Position numbers and translations under genes: made by a program. A stretch of 64,000 nucleotides of DNA from Nemertoderma westbladi. Lineage: Eukaryota > Animalia > Xenacoelomorpha. Shown here piece after piece: positions 40,490-53,800 of this stretch. Position 1 is the first letter of the stretch. Each line of letters starts with the position of its first letter. The stretch covers positions 40,395-104,394 of the forward strand of contig JAUCBJ010006371.1 of the NCBI GenBank assembly GCA_032718475.1, in the 5' to 3' direction. The notes under the pieces are model-generated. The model was not told the origin of the DNA and did no database searches. It saw nothing but the letters and a program-made list of their open reading frames with translations.

Positions 40490-41737
40490 ATGAGAGAGAG
40501 AATGACAAGCACTGACACCCGAGAACTTAAACTGGATGGGCATGTCGGTTTCGACAGCTTACCGGATCAACTCGTCAACCGTTCTGTCGCCCAGGGGTTC
40601 TGCTTCAACATCCTCTGCATCGGCGAGACAGCGCTGGGCAAGTCAACCCTCGTAGACACCCTTTTCAACACCCACTTCGAGAGCGAACAATGCTCCCACA
40701 AACTCCCCAAAGTGGTTATTAGAGCGGCTTCGCACGACCTTATAGAGAGCAATGTCCAGCTGAAACTAACTGTGGTTGATACGCAAGGGTACGGCGACCA
40801 GATAAACAAAGAGAACAGTTACAAACCCATAGTTGATTACATCAACGAGCAATTTGAGAAATATCTTCAGGAGGAGTTGAAGATCCAACGCAATATGTTT
40901 AGTTTCCACGACACCCGTATTCACATGTGTCTCTACTTTGTGAGTCCCTCTGGCCACGGCCTAAAAGCCCTCGATTTAATTACTTTGAAGAAACTGGACA
41001 GCAAGGTGAACATCATCCCACTTATAGCGAAATCAGACACAGTTTCTAAGAACGAGTTGCACAAATTTAAGATAAAGATTATGAGTGAGTTGGTTTCTAA
41101 CGGAATCCAGATCTACCAGTTCCCAACCGACGACGACAACGTTGCCGAGCTCAACTCCCAGATGAACGGGCATCTCCCATTCGCCGTGGTCGGAAGTATC
41201 GACGAGATCAAGACGGGTACCAAGACCGTCCGCGCGCGTCAGTATCCCTGGGGCGTCGTTCAGGTCGACAACGAAGCCCATTGCGACTTCGTTAAACTCC
41301 GCGAGATGGTGTTGCGCACCAACCTCGAGGACCTGCGAGAGTCCACGCACACCCGGCATTACGAGTTGTATCGCCGCTGTCGACTGCAGGAGATGGGATT
41401 CGCCGACTCCACCGGTGATAAAAACTTCTCTTTGCAGGAAACTTTCGAAGCTAAAAGACAACAACATTTGAAGGAGTTGCAAAACAAAGAGGACGAAATG
41501 AGACAGAAGTTTATAGTTCGTGTTAAAGAAAAGGAATCCGTGTTGAAACAGAACGAGAAGGAATTACACGCGAGGTTCGACGCTATTAAAAAGGAACACG
41601 CGGAAGAGAGGCAACGATTGGAAGAGAAGAAACGCATTCTGGAAGAGGACATGGCGAGCTTCCAGAGACGCAAGGAGGCTGTGCGACAAGCGCAGGAAGC
41701 GGCTCATGCCGCCTCCTTAAAGGGGAAGAAGAAATAG
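40490..41737 (+). CDS. Septin, SEPT6/8/10/11 group (single coding exon)
   Basis: [14 protein letters not shown]1 GETALGKS, G3 DTQG, G4 AKSD, septin unique element ARQYPWG...[10 protein letters not shown], and a C-terminal coiled coil. Confidence 0.95.
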   Translation: MRERMTSTDTRELKLDGHVGFDSLPDQLVNRSVAQGFCFNILCIGETALGKSTLVDTLFNTHFESEQCSHKLPKVVIRAASHDLIESNVQLKLTVVDTQGYGDQINKENSYKPIVDYINEQFEKYLQEELKIQRNMFSFHDTRIHMCLYFVSPSGHGLKALDLITLKKLDSKVNIIPLIAKSDTVSKNELHKFKIKIMSELVSNGIQIYQFPTDDDNVAELNSQMNGHLPFAVVGSIDEIKTGTKTVRARQYPWGVVQVDNEAHCDFVKLREMVLRTNLEDLRESTHTRHYELYRRCRLQEMGFADSTGDKNFSLQETFEAKRQQHLKELQNKEDEMRQKFIVRVKEKESVLKQNEKELHARFDAIKKEHAEERQRLEEKKRILEEDMASFQRRKEAVRQAQEAAHAASLKGKKK

Positions 41738-42706
41738 ACACAATGTTTTGGTTATATATAAAGGTCGTTATCTATTATGCGATGCATCGGTTTAGTTTCT
41801 TGTTTCTTACTGTAGTTATTTATATCATTTGGACATTATTTTATTAACTCCACAAAATCCTATAGTGAATAAATAAAAAAAAAACGAATAAATATAGAAC
41901 TATGATGTTGAACCAATAATTTTGTTTAGTTAAGTAAATCATTCAGTGGACTTACTATCTTATTTTTTATTTATATTATTGTTTTTTCCTTATTTTTTTT
42001 TCGATTACTGAAACGTTGTGATTCCAACACTTTGTTCCCTAACTTTTGGCGTTACTTTCTTCTTTATTTGCAGTTTGTTCACACAAATGTGCAGTGTTTG
42101 AGTGTAGCAACGACACCAACTCTTGTGCTTTTCTACATGTAAAGAGACTTTATCTCTCAGACTCATTTGAAGCAATCCGTTTACCTTCGCTACGTAAATT
42201 TTCTTCGTTATCGGACTAAATCTATACTTATATTATTATTTGTGTTGTTAATATTTGTCGCGGTAATTTATACCCTGATTTCAGTTTGATTAGGACTCTT
42301 GTTGAGTTTTTTTTATCCATAACATTATTGTGTTCGTTTCATTATAGTTAGCTAATTGTATGTTCATTACTTTACGTGTCAATGTGCTCGTATTTAATTT
42401 AATTCAACTCAAATAATCTAAATGTTGTTGCTTTCCAAAGTGTCTAATTATATCAATTAAAAAAAGTGTTAATAAAGTTGAACAGGTTTGTTAGTGATTC
42501 TCTGGGATGTATTCTTACATTGACACCGCTATTCATTATGAATGTAAAGTAGTACAAACTAAATAGCGTGCAACTATCGAGCGCCTAACAACATGCATAT
42601 AGTCCCTAGTTGCGCAATAATTAGAGGTCGGTTGGATTTTAAATGACACGATCTAATATCCCATTTCTGAAAAAGGTCCTGTCAATGCCGTTAACAGAGT
42701 TATAAA

Positions 42707-43712
42707 GGGTCGTTTGCACAATAAGTGGCCAAATTGCGTCCCATGTAATTTCGCCATTTTATAAGCCATAACTCAGGTGAAAATAACCAAAACCATATAG
42801 TCATATACACCTTTATATATTTCTATAGAGCGAATTTTTGCCCATTTTTTGGCATTGGTTTTAAGCATGAAAATAAATTTTATGCGATGTCCCATTCTAT
42901 GTTTTTGAGATACAAACAATCATAACCAAATGTTAGTAGTAACTACAGTATATATCGGCCAAAAGCTTATTTCGAGATCTACAATCTAGTACTAGTCGTT
43001 ATGCGGGTACTTCTTTAAAATTTGTTTTTGAAGCAATAAAAAATGCTATAAATTCGTTTTTAGAAATTTTTTCATGTGTTGTAACGCTCGTTTTTTAAAG
43101 ATAACTTTTTAGTGTGAAATGTGTATGTGTCAAAGTAAGTATTTTCCGAAAGATAATTTTATTGGCTATCCGTATATATACGATTGAATGCGAAACGATT
43201 AGTCTAACAGAATTTATGCCCAAAAGTTAACCCAGCAGTTTTTTTACGTTATTGGAAATGTCCCTCTTGTAACGCCCTTATTTTCGCCTTTTGTATTTTT
43301 GGACCGTTTCTGAAGGCGCTATCTAATGACATACAAGGTCAAGCCTAGAGATTGCTAAGCATGTCCCCAATTGTCCTGCATGTAACGGTATGCAACGCAT
43401 TGTAACGGTGTCTCACTTGTAAAGCATGCACAGAAAAATGTAACGCAAAGAAACTGTCGTTACACTTTCATTACAGATGAGACATGTCCAAAACGTAACG
43501 CATGTTTAAACAAGGAAATTGATATAAGACAAAGCGTTACCGACGAGTCATACGTTTTTCGTCCATAACTTTTTTACTATTGGTAGAAAAAATGAACCAC
43601 TATGAAATTTGAAATCAGCACGCTAAGGGCTTCCGAAAGTATGATTTGATAGGGTTGGTGGCGAAATTTTTTTTTTAACATTGAATTTGGCCACTTATTG
43701 TGCAAACGACCC
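42707..43712. mobile_element. ~1-kb non-autonomous TIR element, PIF/Harbinger-like
   Basis: Perfect 29-bp TIR GGGTCGTTTGCACAATAAGTGGCCAAATT at both ends, flanked by AAA on each side (possible 3-bp TSD). No ORF. Confidence 0.75.
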
Positions 43713-44347
43713 AAAGTATATTTGCTTTTAGAGCTAGAGTATAAGGATTCAGCAAATTAATCTGTATAACTACTGAGGCCGTAGGCCGAAGTAGTCCCGT
43801 GTGCAACCCGTGCAACCCGTATGCAACCCGTGTCACCATTATTCTGCCTTTGTATAGCAGTTTTATAGCTGTTTTATAGCTGTTTTGGCTGTTGTTTTAT
43901 GTTCTGAAACATATTTCCGACTCGGTACATGTTTAATTTTTATGGTAGCTAGTGTTTTCAATAGTAGTTAGTGTATTCATAAAAATGGTACAGTAGCTAG
44001 TGTTTTCAAAAATACCAACAAATCGTATTATTATTATGAATATCCATAGTAAAGTTGGCATCTTTATTAATTTACCAGTGAAAAGAGTCTAGTATTGAAG
44101 AAAATAAAATAACGCTATTTCTGCAACAATTTATTAAATAGATAATGAAAAAAAAAAACAGTAGTTGCACAGATTCGGTCGTCGTTCTTATGTTAGAGTG
44201 GAGCGATATTAATTCAAGGAAATGGATTTAAATTCTACGCAAGGCTTGAAAAAATTGAATATGCGTGTTTGTATTAGAACAGGTTTCTTAAAAGTACAAA
44301 GTATGCTGTCATGTTGTTCGTTCAATATGCTCTAATTAACAATAAAC

Positions 44348-44675
44348 ACAATATTGCAATGTTCTAAAGTTAATATACGGAAATAATAACCTGAAGCGAA
44401 TAAAACTGAATAATCACTGATGCCGTTCCAGAAGCAAATTAACCTGTATAATTACCGAGGCCGCAGGCCGAGGTTATTATATTAGGTTAATTAGCTGAAG
44501 GAATAATACCTTCAGCCTTATCCTTCAGCAAATTAACCTAATATAATAACCTCGGCCTGCGGCCTCGGTAATTATACAGGTTAATTTGCTTCTGGAACGG
44601 CATCAGTGATTATTCAGTTTTATGCGCTTCAGGTTATTATTTCCGTATATTAACTCTAGAACATTGCAATATTGT
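44348..44675. repeat. ~330-bp near-perfect palindrome (fold-back)
   Basis: Arms of ~155 bp are reverse complements with few mismatches around a short spacer. Each arm contains CCGAGGCCGCAGGCCGAGG. A related motif lies at ~43748-43795. Confidence 0.88.
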
Positions 44676-45919
44676 ATGTATAGTCCGTTCTCGAACAGAC
44701 AATAATTATAGGTCACCTATAATGTCAACCCTAAATCATAAAAGTATCTTCTTAAATTTGCGTTTATTGTCATAAAAAGTTGCAACCTAAGTAACTTAAA
44801 ACGACATGCGACACTATTGAAGTGAAGATTTTATTTATTCCACATTGGATAAAATTTGTACATACATTAAAACAATAAATAAATACCTTTATAAATAATA
44901 CGGCCACCACATACGGTTGCTCGACTTTCCACGATTTCTCCAGAGCGCAGCTTTTGCAGCTCCCCCACGTGATCAAAGTCCGCGGATTCTACTATAAACT
45001 TTGGTGCGGTCTAAGTAAATTCGCGTCAACAACCAATATACTTGAGGCGGTTGACAATGGAGACAACTCCAGTATCAACCTCAAATATTTATCGGGCCAG
45101 CGGCGGAGGGTGGGAGCGCAGTTCCTTTCCAACGGCTTCCATCACAAACTCTGCAGCTCAACAAGATGCTGGCGGCCCACCCCTGCATGTATTTGCCGCC
45201 TATGCAGCGGTCAGGCGTCCACTGCCGCCCATGCGATGGGCTGCAATGGGCTGACCAACGTGGCTCGCCCCACAACCCTCAGCCTCGCATTCCACCTTCA
45301 GCAAATATAAATATTACAATACCCGATTTTATTTAAATAATAACCCCCTAATATGTGGCTGTGTAATTAATATTTATATCTATTTTATTTATTTTTATAC
45401 AGTATTACTGTATTAATTTTTATAAACTACTTATTTTACTTATCCGTTGGATAAATTAAATGCCTTTATATCAAAACAATAAATAAATAAAATCGGATTA
45501 AATTATGGCTGTAGCTACTGAAACTTTTAGTCAGGTGCGCGATTATTGATTCATGAGAGGCCAATTAATTTGTAAAAATCATCTTACAATATTTCTACTA
45601 AAGTTATCTATTAATATTTTACACGTTTTTAATTGCCAGTGTTCAAGCGGGAAATCGATCCGAAATTTAATCTGAATTGAATTGTTGAATACAAGATCGA
45701 GCTTATGGCGCATTTTAGAACTGCTATGATCCATAACCAAAACCCGACAATATCACAACTTTTGACCAGCTAAACAATATTACAGCTACTTACAGTTATG
45801 GTGTATTTATTCAATCGAATAGAAGGCTTCCAGCTGAAGCAAATACATTCAACATTCGAATGGCCATATTTTACGACGATATTTAGTTTGCGTTAATATT
45901 TGGAATGAGCAATGAGACT

Positions 45920-46396
45920 TAACGCTCTTTGGGAGGTAACGCTCTTTGGGACCTAACGCTCTTTGGGACCTAACGCTCTTTGGGACCTAACGCTCTTTGG
46001 GACCTAACGCTCTTTGGGACCTAACGCTCTTTGGGACCTAACGCTCTTTGCGACCTAACGCTCTTTGGGACCTAACGCTCTTTGGGACCTAACGCTCTTT
46101 GGGACCTAACGCTCTTTGGGACCAAACGCTCTTTGGGACCTAACGCTCTTTGGGACCTAACGCTCTTTGGGACCAAACGCTCTTTGGGACCTAACGCTCT
46201 TTGGGACCTAACGCTCTTTGGGACCTAACGCTCTTTGCGACCTAACGCTCTCTGCGACCTAACGCTCTTTGGGACCTAACGCTCTTTGCGACCTAACGCT
46301 CTCTGCGACCTAACGCTCTTTGGGACCTAACGCTCTTTGGGACCTAACGCTCTTTGCGACCTAACGCTCTCTGCGACCTAACGCTCTTTGGGACCT
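45920..46396. repeat. 17-bp minisatellite (TAACGCTCTTTGGGACC), ~27 copies
   Basis: Directly visible tandem unit. Confidence 0.95.
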
Positions 46397-47821
46397 TCAT
46401 TATGTTGTAACTAGTGTCACACCCACCCCACACCCCCCCCCCCCCCCACCGGCCCTCCAAATAACAAACTAATTATCTAGATGGTTTCAACTAAAAACAG
46501 TTATATTTTATTAGATATACCAATAATAGCAGCATAAAACAATTGATTTATTACATTGCAGTCAAACATAACATAGCACAAGAGTTATAAAATCCCACAA
46601 CCGGAGGGAATATAGTTGTTTCCAGGAGGTCGCTAACACTATAAAGACAAACTTTAAATAATTTGAAATCTGAAAAAATGGGGCAACCCAGGTAAGTCCA
46701 TGTCAGCGTAGCGGTATAATTCGTGGACACGTCGTTGGGAAAATGTTTGAACGCTAGTTGGTTAATCTTTGATGAAATGGAACCAAATTTGGTACACATT
46801 GTAGTCTATCAAAACTTTATAAATTCTACACCAAGACAGCCTTCTATAGTATAACGCGGACGAATGACTAGGTCCAGTTATTGTACCTCTACGCGAAGTC
46901 TCATCTGGACTTACGAGTGTGCGACGCCCCCACTTAATGTTTCAATGTATTATAAATTGTTGTCTTTGCAGTAAGAACAAAGCCTTTAATTGTTTATTGC
47001 ATACCTAAAACAATATGTGTAAAACAACTGACATTCTAGAATCATATTATTACTAATAAATAAGGGTGGAATATAAGTGCATCAACAATGCAGCAAATAC
47101 AGGCTGTGGAACATTGAGATTTGATATTCTATTCAGGTGATGTGTATACGCCCACGCATGCACTCCAGACTCACTGACAAAATATAAAATTGGCTAACAG
47201 AATATTATTATTAACAATTATTATTTAAACATAAAAGCTAAGCTATGCAGTGTATGAATAATTATAGTAAAATATTATTTATGAATCGCAAACATTTTTT
47301 CCATTTCATCGCAAGTTTACTCAACTGCTTTAGTGAATAAAGATAAAGCTGTGTTTAAGGATAAAATATGACTAAAATTCACACGTAATTTTACTACGCA
47401 ATTTACTGGTGGAAAATAAAATAAAAAGTATCCTTGACTGCAGATAAAATAAAGGATAAGAAAGCTAAAACGGAGTTCAGTGGCGGATCTGGGAATTCGT
47501 AACAAGGAAGGTCGTACCAAATGGGTTTCAGAAAATATCGTATGACCTGTTGTAAATCCGCGATCGACCGAAAACATAAATTTGCAATAATCATCTGTAA
47601 AACGAGCATTCAATGGATTTGAAGAAATTTTTGTTGTTGTTTCATTATCAATTAGTGGGTGTGTGGTGGTATTTGGGGGGGGGGGGGGGGGGGGGGGGTT
47701 ATCCGTCAATGAGTGTGTAATGTTTCAATATTGTAAAGCAGTACATTTGTTTGTTGTACTTATCTAATATAATAATATACACAAGTCCCTTTCGGAGCTA
47801 TAAAATATTTGAACAGCGACA

Positions 47822-50800
47822 TCAATTGAATTCATCGTCACTGTGATCAAAAACCTCCCCGGTTCTGGAGAGCATATAATTATCCATGTCGATACTCTTA
47901 CAGTTGTTAATAGCGTAGCGCAGTCGGTTGGCCAGCATCCCCTGACTCGAGTAGGACGGCAACCTGAGTTGGAAGAAACAAGTCTGCGCCGTAGGCAGCG
48001 AGTCCAGTTCCCGATCCACTCGGATTATCTGAAACCGCTGACTGATATCCGCGATGTTGACGGGAAGACGCGATCTCCCGGAAACGAATCGCATAAATAA
48101 AACCCGTTCGTCGTTGTTAAACTCCGTCAGCGTCTGCCAAAACCACAGGATCAAGTGATGACCTTCTGAGAGCTCGCGGTAACGGACAACAGATTTCAAC
48201 ATGTCCAACGAGATATCGGGGACGCCGCAGACCAAACGTTCAATGTACGCGGAAGTGACCAACGAGAAGAGAGGAACCGGCACTATCCAACTCATCCCGA
48301 GACGCACCGCGGCTACCTGTCGATCCATCTCGTGCAGGCGATAGTGCAGCACCCTCTCGACGTACTCCTTGCGGTTGTGGTAGGTGAGCGGGATGCTGTG
48401 GCCCCCCGGGACCACGGGCACAAACTCTCCGGTCGCGCTCTGCCCCTCGAAGGAGTCCAACGGAATCACCTCGGAGAAGGAACTCGCGGTGACTCCGCTC
48501 CGATCGATGCCGGAGACGCTCCGCAAACTGCGGATGTACATCGGGTCAACTTCCTCCAAGTCCTCAACGGAAACGTTCATACCCGCCAACTGCTTCCAAG
48601 TCAGTTTGGCTAAATGTAGATCGATGGGTTTCTTGGTTCGTATGGCGACGCCCAATAAAATTCCGAGGAATTTAAACATCTGTAGATCTTCCTCGGTGGA
48701 TAACGCCGGATTCAATAAATACTTGTCGCGGAAGTTACCGGGGTCGGCCAGCGAGTTAGGAGTTGGGATTAGTATGTTGAGGTCACCGCGATGCAGTTCC
48801 GAACACATCTCTGTCATGGTATCATCGAACACCCCCCCAGCGTCGTCAGCACCTTCTCCTTGCAGTTTCACCTTCCATGCGCGGGACGGCAGTCGTAAAT
48901 CATCAGCTTTCAACGACAGTATCTGCCGGGCCAGTTGTACGAAAATCGGCTTGGCCTTCCGACCTCGGGGCACCAGCCGCCTCACAGTGACCTGCGGCCC
49001 GTAACTCCTTCCCTGCACCATGGTGCGCCCGATTGCGCGCACTGAAGGTAGTTGGTAGACCCGGGGCGCCAACAGTGGGCGCACTGTGCCACCGATCAGA
49101 CCCCCGACGGTGTAGGCCCGCTCTAAAGACGGATCCAAATCTGACTGCAGACACATGAAACGCCAACTCGCCGAGACTAGATCAGAGAAATGTAACAGCG
49201 TTCGCAGTCTAGAACGGATAGACTCGATGGGAATGTCTAATAGGCATGTGTACTGCTGGGGAATGGATTTGGGCAAACCGAGGAGGATTGGCGTGGCATA
49301 GCCCCGCCGTATCGGGCTGGGCGGTGGAGAAGTCCAGGCCGCACTGTGGGTTCGGCCAGCGGCTATCTGACGGATACCTTTCCCACTGAGCGGCGCGATA
49401 AGCACCGGTTCACGTTGGAATGCCACGTGGCCCAATCCCAACTGGCCGTCCGAGTTGTTTCCCCACGCCCAAATGTTCCCGTTGGAGCACAATACTAGCG
49501 TGTGATCGGCGCCCACAGCGATATCCTCCACGAAGGAGTTGAACAAGGCAGGAATTTGTTGAGGTTTATTTTGAGTTCGACTTCGACCTTCAGTAACCCC
49601 GGTGAATCTCTCCTGTCCGAAGGAGAAAACCCTCCCGTCTTTAGTGAGAGCGACGGTAAACTGAGTTCCACAAGCCAGCTTCTTGATTCCTTGATTCTGG
49701 AGAGTTTCTATTCGATGAGGAGTCGATTTCGCTATAGAGTTACCCAATCCCAGCTTGCCATAGTCCCCGTCACCGCAGGCCCACACGGTCAATCCATCTT
49801 GGCTGCAACACACCGTATGGTTGAGACCACAGACAACCTGGCCAACTTGTTGACTGACTAAGGCTTCAATACGTTCGGGAGTTTTCTTATTGGCCGTTCC
49901 GCCATGTCCTAATCTTCCATAGTCACCGTTACCAAACGTGAATACACTACCGCTAGATGTGGTGACAGCGCTATGTTTAAACCCACAAGCCAAATCAACA
50001 ATATCTTCCCCTCGGAGCGCTTCAATCTGCCGAGGTCTCCTCTGCCTATCACTATTACCGTGGCCCAACTTCCCGTAATCACCGTCACCCCAGCTGAAGA
50101 CCTCGCCACTGTCGGTCAACGCTAACGAGTGACCGTCAGAACCACAAGAAGTGGCCAGTTTCACAACCACAAATCCCTGAAGAGAGGATACTGCAGTCAG
50201 TGTGTAAAGGTCATCAGAATTACCTTGTCCGAGTCGACCATAGGACCCCTCACCACATGCAGAAACTGTGCCGTTTGACTGTATTGTAAAGGTACAATTT
50301 TGACCGCATATTAATTGTTGGGCATTAGAAAACAAAGCACGCTGAGTGGGTAGTGTCATAGGACCCATTGATGTGGATTCTGCGAGCTGCCCGTGCCGAT
50401 TATCCCCCCAAAGATAAACATCTGACTTACCACCAATCATCCATTCCTCCGGGTGCTTACTGGACCATTGCATTATTTGTTCATCCATCTGCAGTGTCCA
50501 TATGCTGTTGTCCAATGGACTCTTGCCTCCTTCTGAGATGCGCTCAAGGAAAGGCACATGAAATGTTGATGGAAATGGTTTTCTATGAGTTAGAGAATCG
50601 CACGCGGAAATACAAGTAGCCAGTTGGAACAGCCACGCGAAATCCTTATGATCATCAACTGCGTCATGGGCTAATTGGTGGGGTGGCTTTCTTGGTTTCC
50701 CTATAATTTGATCGAGGCGTAAACTCACAGCGATAGTGCACAGCGATTTAAAATAATCGGTGTGAGTGAGTTGGTCCCCTGATGTAATTAAGTTTTTCTC

Positions 50801-53800
50801 ATAGTTGTATTGGCTTTGAAGCATCAACGGCAACAATGACAGAAGCTTTGTCAGCCAAGGAACATCCTTGAGTCCAAATACATTTAAGTTGGCCAATTCA
50901 TGGCGACACTTATAGAGGATTTGATTAGCCTCAAGAATGGCATCATCTACATTTACTAACAATAAATCACTGGAGCTCGACAACCCAACAGCTAATTGTG
51001 ACTCTTGACACCACGCAGATACAGCATTCGATTCGCCCTGAAGAGTTTGCACTAGGCAACCATCATACATTGTCCATATATTGCACAATCCCTGGTCGCA
51101 ACATGTGACCAGTAGAAGAGAGTCACTGCTAAATTCAACAGATCTAATAGGTTTTGAATGGCCTTTAAGAGACATCAGATGCGATACACAGACACAACTT
51201 GGAGTCGACTTGGAAATGGATTCCGAAGAACCTGGAGAAACATCATTGGATACAGTTTCTGCACTTAGCACATCTTTTGGCAACTTTGGTGCAACATTCC
51301 ACAACTCAACACCACCACTCTGCAATGCAACAGCTAAAAGAAAATTAGCACAGATGTGGTGTCCTTTTGAAATAACTGGGGACCACCGAAATGCCATAAT
51401 CGGAGTTAACAATTCGATGTGAGAAGCTAAGATCCACATATCAATTCTTTGATGCCAAATCCTCAGCACAGGATCACCATCAGCTATACTGGCAAGGTAT
51501 ACACCACTAGGGTCCCACTCCAAACCAATAATTCTTGTTTTGTGACCTTGAACAAAAAATGGTCCTGAATTTTGTACACAAAAATATTTGGAACAAAACA
51601 TTATACCACCATCATCATAACCAACAGCAAACCATTTATCTTCATCATACCAAGCCAATTTGCTAACTGCAATACCAGCCCTAGTACAAGAGTCCATCTC
51701 AACAGTATGATATGTTGATGCATCAAATATTTGAATAGATACCACTGTACCATCATCCCGACCTACAAGCAACTGATCTTTGCACGAAAGCGAGCTTTCC
51801 GAGAACAGTCTGTGTTGAGGCCAAGCAACATCATTAACTTTGCATGGCTGAGTCTCACTGTGACTACAACCGCCTGTTAAAGACCAGATGTATATGTCGT
51901 GGCCAGCTAAACCAGCCAGAAGTTTGCCATTGGAATTCCAGTAAAGCTTTTGAATTTCATGACTTAATTCATCCCCCATTTGCCAGCACTGGAACAATGT
52001 TGGTTTTTTTGCACCAACCCAGACAAAAACATTACCGGTTGAATCAACAGAAGCAAGCCGATTGCATGATGGATCAAACTGACAATCATAAATATTTCCC
52101 TGGTGACCTTCGAGTTTTAATGTTTGAAATTGAGGTAGATCTTGCCTACAGTCATCAACAGAATGTCCACCAGAATCATTGGCAAATAAAACAGTAAGGA
52201 ATTGAATTAAATGCCCTACAGCCCACTCCCTGTAGCCGACAGCCAGTTCACTCAAGCAACATGCGGATAAACAATTGCATATTAACAAAAGAGAAGACTG
52301 TTGACTCCAGACCTGAGTCACAAATGCTTGGCTTTTTTGGCATGACCCACACATTGCTTTGTCCATTTGTTTCTGGGCGAATTTACCAAGTAAAGCTATT
52401 AGAATTTTAACAACAACAAACCCAACATTTGATTCCTCGGATTGACCTGCAGGGCCACATGATGCTGTTAGCATAAGCTCCTTAGTACAAAGTTGCAGCA
52501 ACAGGTGATGGGCCACATCATCGGTCGAGGCCAGAGAAATGATGGTCATGCCAAGGTTATCCATCAGTTGTGGGGTCCGCAAACTCTCCACAAGAGATAC
52601 CAGTTTTACCAAAATATTAACATCAGCTAAACCAATGCTTTCTACACTGGTTGCTAAACAACAAGGAGGCTGGCCAATTGAAACTACGGATAAAACCTGG
52701 AGAATTGTACTCCGTGCTATTTGAATTTGAAAAGTTGATCCGATGTTATGCAACGCAGATAGTCGATCGTTAATGATATATTGTGTGATTGCCTGATCGC
52801 CCAATGTCAGTTTTTGCCCAGAAAAATTATGTGGTATGGTAGATGGTGTGATTGGATCTCGTGTATTGACAGCTTGTTGACCTAAAGGATCCACATCGAC
52901 ATTAAACATGACTGGAGCGGGTAGACGTGTTGAATCACTTGGATGAGACATGGAATTCATTAAACCCAAAAGTGCCTCTGAATCTCCATCCTTGTGCAAT
53001 TGATTTAATTGGTCCGGGGAGAGATCTGATGTGTGACCCTCTTCACCCAATTCTGCAGTCTCTTCACCAACTATGGAATTCTGACCGAAATAATTTGTCC
53101 TACATAAGGGGCACAACAAATAATAAGGTGTACCAGTGCCACAAGTTCCACCGAACCATCCATCAACATAAGTGCCAGTGCTGCGATAGCCATGACGGCA
53201 CGAAGGATTTCCACACCCTGGATGGGAATTTCGCATATGAGCATTAAACTCTTCAACAGAGATGTTACACAGTTCACACATGACGGCAACATCACCAACA
53301 ATTGGATCTGATATTCTGTCATCGTTCCAAAGGTCTCCATTATCTTCCACATTGTCAGATGAAGATACTCGATGAGGAGGTGAATCCGGTGACAAAATAA
53401 TAGCGGCTCGACGAAGATTTCTTTGGGCAAATTGGTGTGGATTACGGGGTTCTCGGCATGGTAGTGGTGGTGGAGTCATCCGACTAGTCCATACCCTCCT
53501 GGCAGGAGGTCGTCGCATCATTGTCAAGCAAACTCTTGCTTGAGGCAACACTTCGCGACAACGTTCTTCCAATGAATTTGGAACGGAATCATCACCAGGG
53601 CAAAATAAGGCTTCATCCCTATGATCTACAGTTGAATCAACTACAGGATGCTCCAGTAAATATGTAGCAACCATGTTAGCGCGGTGAGCTGCACTGCTGT
53701 TATCAGCACCCGTTGCGACAATCGCTTGTTGGATATGTTGAACAGAGAACCCCATTTCTAATAGTGGAACCGCAAAATCAGGCAATAACAAGGACTGTGA

